Virus record (IMG/VR): IMGVR_UViG_3300028601_000026
Coordinates: 1-64,000 of that record
From: a virus
Lineage: Duplodnaviria; Caudoviricetes
Strand: one strand, 5' to 3'
DNA length: 64,000 nt
Below, piece after piece: positions 16,413 to 25,727 of the stretch. Positions within the stretch are counted from its first letter, which is position 1, and the number at the start of each line of letters is the position of its first letter. The notes beneath the pieces were generated by a model, which saw only the letters and a list, made by a program, of their open reading frames with translations, did not search any database and was not told where the DNA came from. Made by a program: the position numbers and the translations under genes.

Positions 16413-18320
16413 ATGGCCTACATCCGCCCTATCGTCATGGTGTATCAGGAGTATGCTTCGCAGAGTATCTCTACTCAGCAGGCCACTCTGTATCCGTGTG
16501 TTATTGGACCTTGCTACCAAGTTATCAATCCGGTTGACGACCAGGAACTGGCGTATGCAGGCGTATACTCCGTAGCCGAAGGCTTTTCTGCCGTCCCGCT
16601 TCCCAGCCGTATTGCCGGAGCTGAAGTTGTTGCTTCCAGCGTGCAGGTTCTGCTGAAAGATCTGAGCTTTGTCGTAGCGGCAGGGGCCATTGCCGAGCCT
16701 GTGGCCAACACCTTCGTGCTTCCGGACGGCGTCCTCCCTGCTGACGTGAGTGTTGGAGATTACGTAGCCGTCACCTTTGGTACTGATACCCCTGTGCAGG
16801 TGGACTCCGGGTTGCGTGTTATCAGCATTGATCCCGATACCAAGGAAATCACGGTCAACCGTTCGATCCTTTTGGGAGGCAACACCGAGGTAGGTTTCCA
16901 GGTGGAGATTACCCGCCAGGTGGAGTCTTACTCCCTTCCCGCAGGGAGTGCTGCTCTCACCGTAGACGCGGAGAATAACACCGTGTCTTTGGTGGCGGTT
17001 ACCTACTTAGAGTACACAGTGGATACGGCTTCTGTCTACGTGGGATACAAAGCCCTGCGTACGGATCTGACCACGGTAGGGACCGTGGAGTCTGCTACAG
17101 AGGCTGCCTCTGTACTGGGCACTCTGACTTCGGACAACCCTCTTGGTCTGGGGGTGCTGCTGACCCTCGCCAATACCGATACTCCTGTGAAGTTTCTTGG
17201 GGTGACGGAGGACAGTCTCGCCGGGTACACCGCGGCCAAGGACACTTTAGAGCTGGTAGACAACGTCTACGGTCTGGTGCCCTTGACGCAGAATCCCGCT
17301 ATCTTGAATATCTTCAAGGCGCATTGCGAGGCTATGAGTCAGCCTGAAGTCGGTCTGTGGCGTCGCTGCTTTGTCAGTACCCAACTGATGACAGACAAGG
17401 TGTTGTCTGAGGGCACTACCGGTGCCGTTGAAACCAAGTCGGGGGAAGGCCGGCTGCTGTTCCGGGACGTATCTGGGTCGTTCATGTCTGATCTGGTTTC
17501 TGCGGCAGACCAACTTGAATTGCTGAATCCGGATGGCTCGGTTGCCTTTTCGGTTCTTGTGGAAGAGGTTATCGGAGACGACCTGCTGGAAGTGACCTCG
17601 GTGTTCCCCGATGCGGAAGCCGAAGCTCTGACTTCCTGGGCAGGGGCTTATCAGATCAAGACCTTCCTGGATAAGACACAGCAGGCTGCAGAACTTCGGT
17701 TGGTCAGCCAGAGCTTCGGCTCCCAGCGTGTCTGTCATATTTGGCCGGATACCGCGGTTGTTGAGGGGGAACAGGTACCCGGGTATTACTTGGGCTGTGC
17801 CGTAGCAGGCATGGTTGCCGGACTGCCCAGCCACCAAGGACTGACCCGTATCAGCGTAGCCGGCATTGAGGGCCTGTACAATGCCAATGACTACTTCACT
17901 CAGAGCCAGCTGGACACCATCGCAGACGGTGGCACATTCATTTTCCTGCAGCAGAATACCTCGTCCCCTCCGTACATTCGGCACCAATTGACGACCGACA
18001 TGTCTACCCTGGAACTTCGGGAACTCTCGTTCTGTAAGAACTTTGATTATGTCTGCGTTCTTTTGAAAGAGGTCCTGGACCAGTTTCTTGGCAAGTACAA
18101 CATTGTCCCCTCTACCCTGGCACTGTTGCAGACCGCTGCAGAAGCCGTCCTGGAGTCCTTGCGTCTTAACAACCTGCCCAAGATTGGTTCCCCTGTACTG
18201 AATTACAAAGTGGACAGCGTGGCACAGCTGGAAGCCATCCGGGACCGGGTGGAGATGTATGTCAGTGTCAACTTCCCGTACGTTCTCAACACTATCGGGC
18301 TGCACGTCGTCAGCCAGTAA
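16413..18320 (+). CDS. Contractile tail sheath protein
   Basis: 635 aa; C-terminal YLGCAVAGMVAG...HQGLT...RHQLTT...ELSFCKNFDY...YVLNTIGLHV, typical of sheath C-domains. Confidence 0.8.
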   Translation: MAYIRPIVMVYQEYASQSISTQQATLYPCVIGPCYQVINPVDDQELAYAGVYSVAEGFSAVPLPSRIAGAEVVASSVQVLLKDLSFVVAAGAIAEPVANTFVLPDGVLPADVSVGDYVAVTFGTDTPVQVDSGLRVISIDPDTKEITVNRSILLGGNTEVGFQVEITRQVESYSLPAGSAALTVDAENNTVSLVAVTYLEYTVDTASVYVGYKALRTDLTTVGTVESATEAASVLGTLTSDNPLGLGVLLTLANTDTPVKFLGVTEDSLAGYTAAKDTLELVDNVYGLVPLTQNPAILNIFKAHCEAMSQPEVGLWRRCFVSTQLMTDKVLSEGTTGAVETKSGEGRLLFRDVSGSFMSDLVSAADQLELLNPDGSVAFSVLVEEVIGDDLLEVTSVFPDAEAEALTSWAGAYQIKTFLDKTQQAAELRLVSQSFGSQRVCHIWPDTAVVEGEQVPGYYLGCAVAGMVAGLPSHQGLTRISVAGIEGLYNANDYFTQSQLDTIADGGTFIFLQQNTSSPPYIRHQLTTDMSTLELRELSFCKNFDYVCVLLKEVLDQFLGKYNIVPSTLALLQTAAEAVLESLRLNNLPKIGSPVLNYKVDSVAQLEAIRDRVEMYVSVNFPYVLNTIGLHVVSQ

Positions 18321-18339
18321 CTCCTGAGGAGGAACCACA

Positions 18340-19056
18340 ATGAGTGGCTACAATATCATGAAAAACCCCAATGTGACTCCCGCTACCTCCCTGGAGCAGT
18401 GGGCGTCCAACTACAAAGAGCGCAACATCGAGGTTATCCACGATCACGCTCTGATGAACCTGGCCACCCCGGACGACTCCATCCTGGTGGTCGGACCTCC
18501 GCGATTGGCACAGGCCAATGGCGAGGCCTCTTTCTATACCGTGGGACTGGTAAACATGATCCAGTACGCGGAAGCTTCTCAGATTGCTCCGATGAAGGCC
18601 ATTGGTTCCCGTCGGCACATCTTCTCGAAAAGCAACGCACCTGTTTCGGGTTCCATTGGGCGTCTGGTAATTCTAGGGGCTAACCTGTTTCGGGCCCTGT
18701 ATGCCGTAACCGAGATTGGCAGCATGGTCAACAACCCTACCGGTACACGGTTTTCCAAAAATAACGATGGGGAGGATTCCTGGTTTGTCAACCTGGAGGA
18801 GGATCTGTTCCGGATCCCTATCGGCATCGGGGTCATCTATGCTTCTCCTTCCACTTCGAATGCCGGGGGCAAGACAGGTGTGGGCGCTGATTACCTGGAG
18901 TCTGTAGTCCTGCAAAGCCGTAATGTCGCGCAGCAGACCGGAGCAACAATGATCATGGAGCAGGTCTCCTTCATGGCAGACCGTGTGGTGCCTTGGGGCC
19001 CCTACTGTGGCAACAACAAGTTCAGTTCTAAAAATCCGGCAGAGGATCTGCTATGA
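18340..19056 (+). CDS. Tail tube protein
   Basis: Follows the sheath; GAGGA RBS; VGLVNMIQYAEA...MKAIGS...YLESVVLQS...IMEQVSFMADR. Confidence 0.7.
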   Translation: MSGYNIMKNPNVTPATSLEQWASNYKERNIEVIHDHALMNLATPDDSILVVGPPRLAQANGEASFYTVGLVNMIQYAEASQIAPMKAIGSRRHIFSKSNAPVSGSIGRLVILGANLFRALYAVTEIGSMVNNPTGTRFSKNNDGEDSWFVNLEEDLFRIPIGIGVIYASPSTSNAGGKTGVGADYLESVVLQSRNVAQQTGATMIMEQVSFMADRVVPWGPYCGNNKFSSKNPAEDLL

Positions 19057-19652
19057 GGGATCTCTTCTATGTGACCCCTCTGTGGGTTGTCTTGTTGGTA
19101 CTTAGGCAGGTCGTTGCTTTGGCCGGACTCCTGGTGACTCCAGTGGCTCTTCTGTTCGCTCGGGAGGTGGAGAGTCAGCGACCTCAGATGGAAAGGGCTT
19201 TGGGGAAACTTGTCTGGGAGGATTGGAAGTTGATTCGGCTCCCAGCGTGGGCATGGCCCTGGGATAATCTGAGGGATGGCGCCATGGGGGATATCCGGGG
19301 CCTGTATTGGTTTGAGCAGGCTCCAAAGTGGCTGAAGACAGATTACCTTAAACAGCTATGGTGGCTGGCCTGGCGAAACCCTTGCAATAACTTTTCTCGA
19401 TTTATCCCCCTACTTGGAGTCAATCTTGTAAACAAAGAGGTTGTGACTCTCGCCAGCTCAGATGCTTATCGGTTTTATAAAGTAAAGAGACACCCTTACT
19501 GGAATTTGCATCTGCGCCTCTTTAATGGTACTTTGAAGCTGGGACATAAGATTTTTCCCAAGCACAACCTGACAGACTGGTCCAGAGATCCTCAGAAGGC
19601 GATTAAAGGGATAACCTTTCGATATGACCTGAGTTTGGATACCTTAAGCTGA
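19053..19652 (+). CDS. Trp-rich hypothetical protein with N-terminal membrane segment
   Basis: ATGA overlap; hydrophobic N-terminus; WPWDN...WWLAWRNP. Confidence 0.55.
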   Translation: MRDLFYVTPLWVVLLVLRQVVALAGLLVTPVALLFAREVESQRPQMERALGKLVWEDWKLIRLPAWAWPWDNLRDGAMGDIRGLYWFEQAPKWLKTDYLKQLWWLAWRNPCNNFSRFIPLLGVNLVNKEVVTLASSDAYRFYKVKRHPYWNLHLRLFNGTLKLGHKIFPKHNLTDWSRDPQKAIKGITFRYDLSLDTLS

Positions 19653-19738
19653 TTTTCTAAAGCTAAAATAAGTTCATAAAAACCCCTCTGAAGCCCAATA
19701 TCTAATGGAATCAACTTTTAGGTATTGGGCTTTCTTTT

Positions 19739-20782
19739 ATGAAAAGTAACTACACGTCTCCATATACTCCGGCGCAGGCTGCAAGCGGACCTTTGTTTGA
19801 GGTAGGCATTGTAGTGGATTGTAACCCTCAGGCGTACACCGTGGATATCAAGATGGAGGGATTACGGCTGCTGACGGGGGTGCCCCTCCTGGATGTTTAT
19901 GGGGCTCCCCACAGCCGGGATGTGTCATGGCTGCGCGATCTACGGGGGGCCAGGGTCCTGGTAGGGAAGATCGGAGGCACTCCCATTGTTTTTGGCACGC
20001 TGCCTGTGGAAGGCGTTGGCGGTAGTACAGAGGAGGTGCCTCCTTTGGCAGAGGCCGGCTACGGGGGCTCCGAGGCGCATACCTACCTTCGGTCCTCGGA
20101 GAAGCACTACAGTGGAGGCCGTCCTGTAGATATGTTCCCACAGGACAAAGTACTCCGGACTTCCAGCGGTGTTCTCCTGAATCTGCTCAACGAAGGCCTA
20201 GCTGTGCTCAAGGCCTCCCCTCTTTGCCAGATCGTACTGGGGAGATTTAGGGATTTTGTCCGGGTGGTCGCCCGCCGGTTTCAGCTCTATACCGACTTTG
20301 GTGAGGTGGAAACCACACATGAAGCCGGACGGGTAGGACTGAGTTTTCGTGGAGGTGCCGATTTCGCTGCAGAGACACACCCAGAGGTTGCGGAGTGGAC
20401 GGTAAGGGCATGGCTGGGACATGATCCTTCCGATGTGGATGCGCGTTTGCATCTTCTGGTAAACAATGTTGCCCAGGATCAGTACGTGGATTTGGTGTTT
20501 GATCAGAATGGTAATATCAAGCTGCAGGCAACGCATGACGCCACTATGCAGGTAGGCAACAATATCGGGCTTGTTAGTGAGTCTGGGCACCTTACCGTAG
20601 ATGTTCAAACAGGTAACACCACGGTACACACTAAGGGCAAGACCATCATTCATAGTGAGGGCACCATTGATATTGATGGTGGTAGCGGGGATCTTTCTGG
20701 AGCTGTAACACAGAAGTGCATCTGTCCTTTTACCGGGCATCCCCATTCAGATTGGAGTGGGGATGTGGTGATTAGCAAATAG
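19739..20782 (+). CDS. Baseplate central spike (gpV/gp5-like)
   Basis: N-terminal OB-fold-like region, beta-helix-like repeats, C-terminal CPFTGHPH metal-binding tip motif. Confidence 0.7.
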   Translation: MKSNYTSPYTPAQAASGPLFEVGIVVDCNPQAYTVDIKMEGLRLLTGVPLLDVYGAPHSRDVSWLRDLRGARVLVGKIGGTPIVFGTLPVEGVGGSTEEVPPLAEAGYGGSEAHTYLRSSEKHYSGGRPVDMFPQDKVLRTSSGVLLNLLNEGLAVLKASPLCQIVLGRFRDFVRVVARRFQLYTDFGEVETTHEAGRVGLSFRGGADFAAETHPEVAEWTVRAWLGHDPSDVDARLHLLVNNVAQDQYVDLVFDQNGNIKLQATHDATMQVGNNIGLVSESGHLTVDVQTGNTTVHTKGKTIIHSEGTIDIDGGSGDLSGAVTQKCICPFTGHPHSDWSGDVVISK

Positions 20783-20829
20783 TTTGGCCCACCCTTTCCC
20801 GTAGGGTAGGCCAACTCTAAGGAAAAATT

Positions 20830-21021
20830 ATGGCAATGAGCAAGGAGGGGCTCTCCTCCAGGATACAGCAAGCGTTAACTGATGCCGGGTTTAATTTATC
20901 CGGAACAGGCAAAGACAACACCTCTTGGCTATTGCTGCTGTCGGATGCCCTTGCAGAAGCAGTGGTAGACCACATTCAGACGCATGCTCGTACCTCCAGT
21001 GACAATGAAAGCATTTTGTAG
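20830..21021 (+). CDS. Small baseplate-associated protein
   Basis: 63 aa, AAGGA RBS, follows the spike gene. Confidence 0.5.
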   Translation: MAMSKEGLSSRIQQALTDAGFNLSGTGKDNTSWLLLLSDALAEAVVDHIQTHARTSSDNESIL

Positions 21022-21050
21022 CCTGTATTTTTTATCCAAAGGAGCGTTTT

Positions 21051-21674
21051 GTGGAAACCCCTGACATTCTTTCTTTAAGCAAGCCCCACCTGAAAACATC
21101 TTCCAGTCTCCCGGGCACTCCGGGACCAACCCAAGTGACAGCCCCCGTAAAAGCTGCGGATAGAGCCCCTGAGGAGGACACCGAGGTCACGGAATTTCCC
21201 TTGGAGACCGCTACAGAGGATGCTCGAGTCCAGGAATACCTGGAGTTTCTCGCAGAGCATGACATCAGCCAGGACGACATTGCTTCCGTGCTGGATACTC
21301 TGGTTACCGAAGGGGATGTTAAGTGGGGATTCGATCTGTTGGGGAGAATCCCTGTGGTGTTTCGGGTGCGCCCCACTTGGGTAAACACTCTGCTGCTCAA
21401 GGAGCTGGAGGTATCCAGTCCGAAACTGTATACGCAGTTTAACTCTGTGGTAGGCATGTATAATCTGGCGGGGTCTCTGGAAAAATATGGGGACAGGACG
21501 TTTGCCCTCAGCAATGAGGATGAGTTTCGGGACTGCCTGACCTTTGTACGTAACCTCAGCTTCATTCTGCAGGGACGCCTCATTGAGCAGCTGGCGATCT
21601 TTGATCGGGTGGTCTCCGTGGCGACCAGTGAGTGGGCGGTCGAAAATTTTACGACACCCCGGTCGGAAGACTAA
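21051..21674 (+). CDS. Tail assembly chaperone (G-like)
   Basis: AAGGAG RBS + GTG; two genes upstream of the tape measure; ends in a slippery site. Confidence 0.55.
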   Translation: METPDILSLSKPHLKTSSSLPGTPGPTQVTAPVKAADRAPEEDTEVTEFPLETATEDARVQEYLEFLAEHDISQDDIASVLDTLVTEGDVKWGFDLLGRIPVVFRVRPTWVNTLLLKELEVSSPKLYTQFNSVVGMYNLAGSLEKYGDRTFALSNEDEFRDCLTFVRNLSFILQGRLIEQLAIFDRVVSVATSEWAVENFTTPRSED

Positions 21675-22123
21675 GGGCAGAGGCTCTTGCCCTGACCGGG
21701 GCGATGTACCATGCAGACTCCGTGCAATTCAAATTGCTGCGAGTCCGCCTTGAGCGTCAGGTGCTCAACAGTATGCACCGGGATCAGCTGCTGTATTCTT
21801 TGCTGTCCGAGCTGTACATGGTGACCGCTCCGGAGAATCACCGTAAGTACGCTTTTAATCTCCTGCGGACGTTGGACAATAACCAGAATCGTCTTATGCA
21901 GCAGCAATCCTTGAAAAACTTCGGACAGCGCCCTTTGGTTTTTAGGGATCCAGGACCGGATCTTTTTGAAGACTCTCCTCAGGAACAGACTTCCGATGAA
22001 GACAAACTCCGCTACCTGGAGGCTTTGTCTTCCGCAACGGAAGGTTCTACCTCTTTCTCGGAAGTGCTGAATCGCGTTTCCGGGCTCCTTAACAGAATTC
22101 ATACACTGAAGAGCACGGCATGA
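21632..22123 (+). CDS. Tail chaperone frameshift extension (T-like, -1 frame)
   Basis: The -1 frame opens just before the slippery site and runs to an ATGA overlap with the tape measure gene. Confidence 0.6.
   Translation: MGGRKFYDTPVGRLRAEALALTGAMYHADSVQFKLLRVRLERQVLNSMHRDQLLYSLLSELYMVTAPENHRKYAFNLLRTLDNNQNRLMQQQSLKNFGQRPLVFRDPGPDLFEDSPQEQTSDEDKLRYLEALSSATEGSTSFSEVLNRVSGLLNRIHTLKSTA
21644..21701 (+). promoter_or_regulatory. -1 programmed ribosomal frameshift signal
   Basis: In-frame heptamer A AAT TTT (21644-21650), 6-nt spacer, stem CCCCGGTC/GACCGGGG (21657-64/21694-701) with inner AGGGCA/TGCCCT. Confidence 0.7.
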
Positions 22124-24999
22124 TTACACCTTCCAATCAGGGAGCAGCCTTCCCAACGTATGACCCTTTGGCCACACAGTTTATGACCGGTGGTCAGATG
22201 GGGTACATGCCGGAGGCACAGTTTCTTACCGGAGCGCAGTATGGGGCTTTTCGTACCATGCCGGCCCCAACTACACAATACTCTCAGGCTTACCAGCAGC
22301 AGACCCTCTGGCAATCTTACTTGATGGCCAATCAAGGTGGGTTACCTGGCATCCCCGGTAAGTACTGGGTGGATATCTACAATCCTGGGGTGAATTTTCA
22401 TCTGCAGAGGACGATGGCCAGTCGGCGCATGTCCGATGCCAAAAGTGCTTTTATGGGGACCATGGCGGATGCTGGGTTTTCCATGGGAGCTTCGGCTTTG
22501 ACAGGGGCCGCCGCAGGGCTCGCTTTTGGCGGACCGGTGGGTGCAGCGGTGGGGTTGGGTGCCGGGTTTCTGGCTCCAGCTATTTCCCAAGGGTATACCG
22601 ACCGTATGCGTGGTGCCCGTGAAATGCAGATGACTTCTATGGCCAAAATATTTTCCGGTACCGACGTATCCGCCACTCTGGGGCAAGGCTTTTCCATGTC
22701 GGCGGCTTCTCGGGTGGATGAGCATATGCGACGCAGTGCTTCTCGGGACATGGCGTATAAATACGACGATTACAAGGGGTTTACCCGTGAGGCCATGTCT
22801 GCTGGGCTTATGGATTTTAGTAATGATGTCGAGCAGTACAAGCAGGCCATCACACGAGGCATGAAGAATCTCAAGGTTATCTCGGGCCTGTTGGGTTCAC
22901 AGGACTACAAGGAGGTCGTGACTCACATGAAGCGCCTGATGACTATGGGTGCGGACATGGGGGCTCACCAGGGGATGATGGCCAATGAGCATACCTTTGC
23001 GCGTATGGCAGGCATGACCATCAGCCAGATGGTAGATACCTATGGGCAGCAAGGGGCCATGGTTTATAACCAGTACGGCCTGACTCCTGTGCATGGCTCT
23101 CAGATGGCTATGTCCAATGCTGCTCGGGTGGAGTTCATGAAGCGTACGGGTATTGTGTCTGCTGCGGAAGTGGCTCGTCTCGGAGGGGTCTCTGGGATGG
23201 CACAGACTATGACAGAAGATGACGCCAGGTTTCAGAAAGAGACTTCCTGGGCTTTTCTACCCGCGATGCTTAACCAGGACGGTTCCTTGAATAAGCAAAA
23301 GGCTCTTGGAATCCTCAGTGGGAAGACCAGTTATCGAGACACCCTGCTGCAAAGCGTATCGCATGCCAAGACCCCCGGACAGTACTCAACCTTGCAGGCG
23401 GTAATGCCGGAGCGCCTTTCCGAGTTGAGTGAGATGATGGGGCCTAATGGTATGAAGGCTCTAAAAATGCAGTTTATCATGGGGTATGCCCGACAGGCAG
23501 GTTTGCCCATGAACGTGGAAGGTTTGACACAGGCGGCTCAGATCGCGGGCAAAATGTCTCCTGAGCAGGCACGTCGTTTTGTCCTGGAGATGGGACAGTC
23601 TTCGGGTGTCATGGCGGACCAGATGGAGCACACCGAAGGGGAGATCCTGTACAACCAGCAGGAAGAATACATTCGGGACGCGAACCCTCTGGGACGGTTG
23701 AGACGCTGGTGGCGCAAGACGGCCTATGACAGTGTCGGATCTCTCTATGGGTCTTGGGCTTCAAGCAGCGCGAAAGCCAAGGATCGTGCTGAGGCCATAA
23801 AAATGGGACGAGGCCCTTCAGGCTTGATTGCTTGGGAGGGTGCAGCCTATAGCAAGGCGGATTTCAAGCGAAATTCTTCCCGAGGAGCGCTTTCCAGGGA
23901 TAAGGATTATCTCTCTCTGGAGAGGGCGAACAAGCTCCTGTTTAAGGATGAGAAAGCCTTGGAGTCGGCAGAAGCCGGCAGAAAGGAATTGCTGGCAGCA
24001 GGCTTGGACGTCAATGAGGTGAGCCGCTACATGCGGGATCACTTGACCAGTGCTTCTGATTTTACAGAACTTGGAGTCAGGAGGGCGTTTCAGCATTACC
24101 GCATGTCTCAGGGGGCCTCTTTTGAGGAAGCGGCGGAGTGGGTGGGTTCTCTGAATGTTTCTCAAAATATGGCAGCCTACGGGTTTCAGGCGGCCCTGGA
24201 GGATGAAGGAACCGCCGCTACTGTACGTGGTGCTTTTGCCAAGAAAAATCGTAAAGCGGCTCAGATGGACAGTAAGAAGGCCCATGAGCTGCGGGCTCAG
24301 TATGAACAGCGCATCAAATGGTTGACCACCTCTCCCGGGATGCGTGGGGCACTTTTCCATGATATGGAGAGTGCGGATGCCATCTTGGGGATCGGGCAGA
24401 AAAAGGGCTCGAAGAATATTGGCTTGATGTATGCCGCATCCTCCATGCTGGGACGCCTCAGCGGAGGGGATTTGAATACACGAGAGAAGAAGATCCTTCC
24501 TGAAAAATTGAAGGAGATCCTCCGTAAAGGGCATATGTCTGAGGAGCAGATCAAAGAGCTGATGACTGCCAATGCCGAGGGGGATGTGGCCCGTGTCGAT
24601 GAGCTTCTGCGAGGGATGCTGTCTGAAGAAGCTGCTCAGGACGAGCGCGTTTCCGGTGTTCTGAAAGCCAGCCGAAAGGATGGCAGATCCAAAAATGTCA
24701 GCCAGTTGGGCGCTCTTACCAACAATGCACTGGCGTTACAACGTACGCATGACAAGGCTCAGGCGGCTCAAGAGGCTCTGGAGAACGACAAGGCCAGCCA
24801 AACCAGTACGCTCACTAAAGAGAAGGCAGAGGAGTTGGCCATGAATCGGGAGATGGTCAAGGTCCTCCGGCAGCTGGCTGCCGTCCTGGCGGGAGTCGCT
24901 GGAGGCAATCCCGCCGTTCTTGGGAAGACTTTCACGGAGGGTGGCGGCGGGGGCAACCCTCTGGTGAGCACCATGTTTCCCACCTATCGGGGTAGGTAA
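22120..24999 (+). CDS. Tape measure protein
   Basis: 959 aa, Ala/Met/Gln-rich helical, internal Gly/Ala hydrophobic segment, canonical position. Confidence 0.75.
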   Translation: MITPSNQGAAFPTYDPLATQFMTGGQMGYMPEAQFLTGAQYGAFRTMPAPTTQYSQAYQQQTLWQSYLMANQGGLPGIPGKYWVDIYNPGVNFHLQRTMASRRMSDAKSAFMGTMADAGFSMGASALTGAAAGLAFGGPVGAAVGLGAGFLAPAISQGYTDRMRGAREMQMTSMAKIFSGTDVSATLGQGFSMSAASRVDEHMRRSASRDMAYKYDDYKGFTREAMSAGLMDFSNDVEQYKQAITRGMKNLKVISGLLGSQDYKEVVTHMKRLMTMGADMGAHQGMMANEHTFARMAGMTISQMVDTYGQQGAMVYNQYGLTPVHGSQMAMSNAARVEFMKRTGIVSAAEVARLGGVSGMAQTMTEDDARFQKETSWAFLPAMLNQDGSLNKQKALGILSGKTSYRDTLLQSVSHAKTPGQYSTLQAVMPERLSELSEMMGPNGMKALKMQFIMGYARQAGLPMNVEGLTQAAQIAGKMSPEQARRFVLEMGQSSGVMADQMEHTEGEILYNQQEEYIRDANPLGRLRRWWRKTAYDSVGSLYGSWASSSAKAKDRAEAIKMGRGPSGLIAWEGAAYSKADFKRNSSRGALSRDKDYLSLERANKLLFKDEKALESAEAGRKELLAAGLDVNEVSRYMRDHLTSASDFTELGVRRAFQHYRMSQGASFEEAAEWVGSLNVSQNMAAYGFQAALEDEGTAATVRGAFAKKNRKAAQMDSKKAHELRAQYEQRIKWLTTSPGMRGALFHDMESADAILGIGQKKGSKNIGLMYAASSMLGRLSGGDLNTREKKILPEKLKEILRKGHMSEEQIKELMTANAEGDVARVDELLRGMLSEEAAQDERVSGVLKASRKDGRSKNVSQLGALTNNALALQRTHDKAQAAQEALENDKASQTSTLTKEKAEELAMNREMVKVLRQLAAVLAGVAGGNPAVLGKTFTEGGGGGNPLVSTMFPTYRGR

Positions 25000-25002
25000 G
25001 CC

Positions 25003-25722
25003 ATGTTCCCTGTAGACGAAGCCTCCTGGAAAGGCCGGCAGACTTCCTGGGCGGCTAAAGGTGACTTTACGCGTAAAGGGTACCTAAGTTTCCCCCGGGA
25101 TGACGTTACGCGTAAGCATCTGACCCAACTGCTCGGGTCCTCCGAGCTGGCGGAACGTATGATCACTCAGGGTTTTTGGGAGCTGATCATTTCCTCCTAT
25201 GCAGAAAGACATGCAGATACTGCCTCTATACAAGACGTGCTGGCGGATACTTTCATCGTTTTTTCTGGAGGGGCAGAGCCCATTCAAGTGCAGTTCTCCG
25301 GATACGTTTGGGTAACAAACAAAGAGGATCATCGGCTGGCCCTCTTATATATGTACGAGAAACTGTTCCGAGGCAGCAAGCTGCAAGCTACCCATCCCAG
25401 ACTTAGTATGAATCTTACTCTGCGGGATACTACGGAGCGCTTTTTCCCCACGGTTTTGCAGTTGTCGGAAAGTGCCCTTATGCAGGGGGCCACAACCTTC
25501 GCCATGTCCGGTTTTGCTTGTCGCTATAAGATACTCCCGTCGGCAGCCAGTACTCCTGAGCAAACCAACACTGCTCAGAGTGTGGACGCCGTACGGTCTG
25601 AAGCTACTCCTACTCAGAAGGTCCTGCAGGCTAACGCAGCGACCGGTTCCCCTGAAAATCCGGGAGCACCAAACAGTGCCCTCGCAGCGGATCCCCTTCA
25701 GATCAAAGTTATAAAGGTCTAG
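25003..25722 (+). CDS. Baseplate/tube-initiator-like protein
   Basis: After the TMP; shares a DxF..F.G..P..l...G pattern with the next gene. Confidence 0.5.
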   Translation: MFPVDEASWKGRQTSWAAKGDFTRKGYLSFPRDDVTRKHLTQLLGSSELAERMITQGFWELIISSYAERHADTASIQDVLADTFIVFSGGAEPIQVQFSGYVWVTNKEDHRLALLYMYEKLFRGSKLQATHPRLSMNLTLRDTTERFFPTVLQLSESALMQGATTFAMSGFACRYKILPSAASTPEQTNTAQSVDAVRSEATPTQKVLQANAATGSPENPGAPNSALAADPLQIKVIKV

Positions 25723-25727
25723 CCCTT

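Noticed and set aside
7658-18338. Long antisense ORFs (7658-9286, 12413-13732, 17247-18338)
   Set aside because: Shadow frames of well-supported + strand genes; no motifs or RBS.
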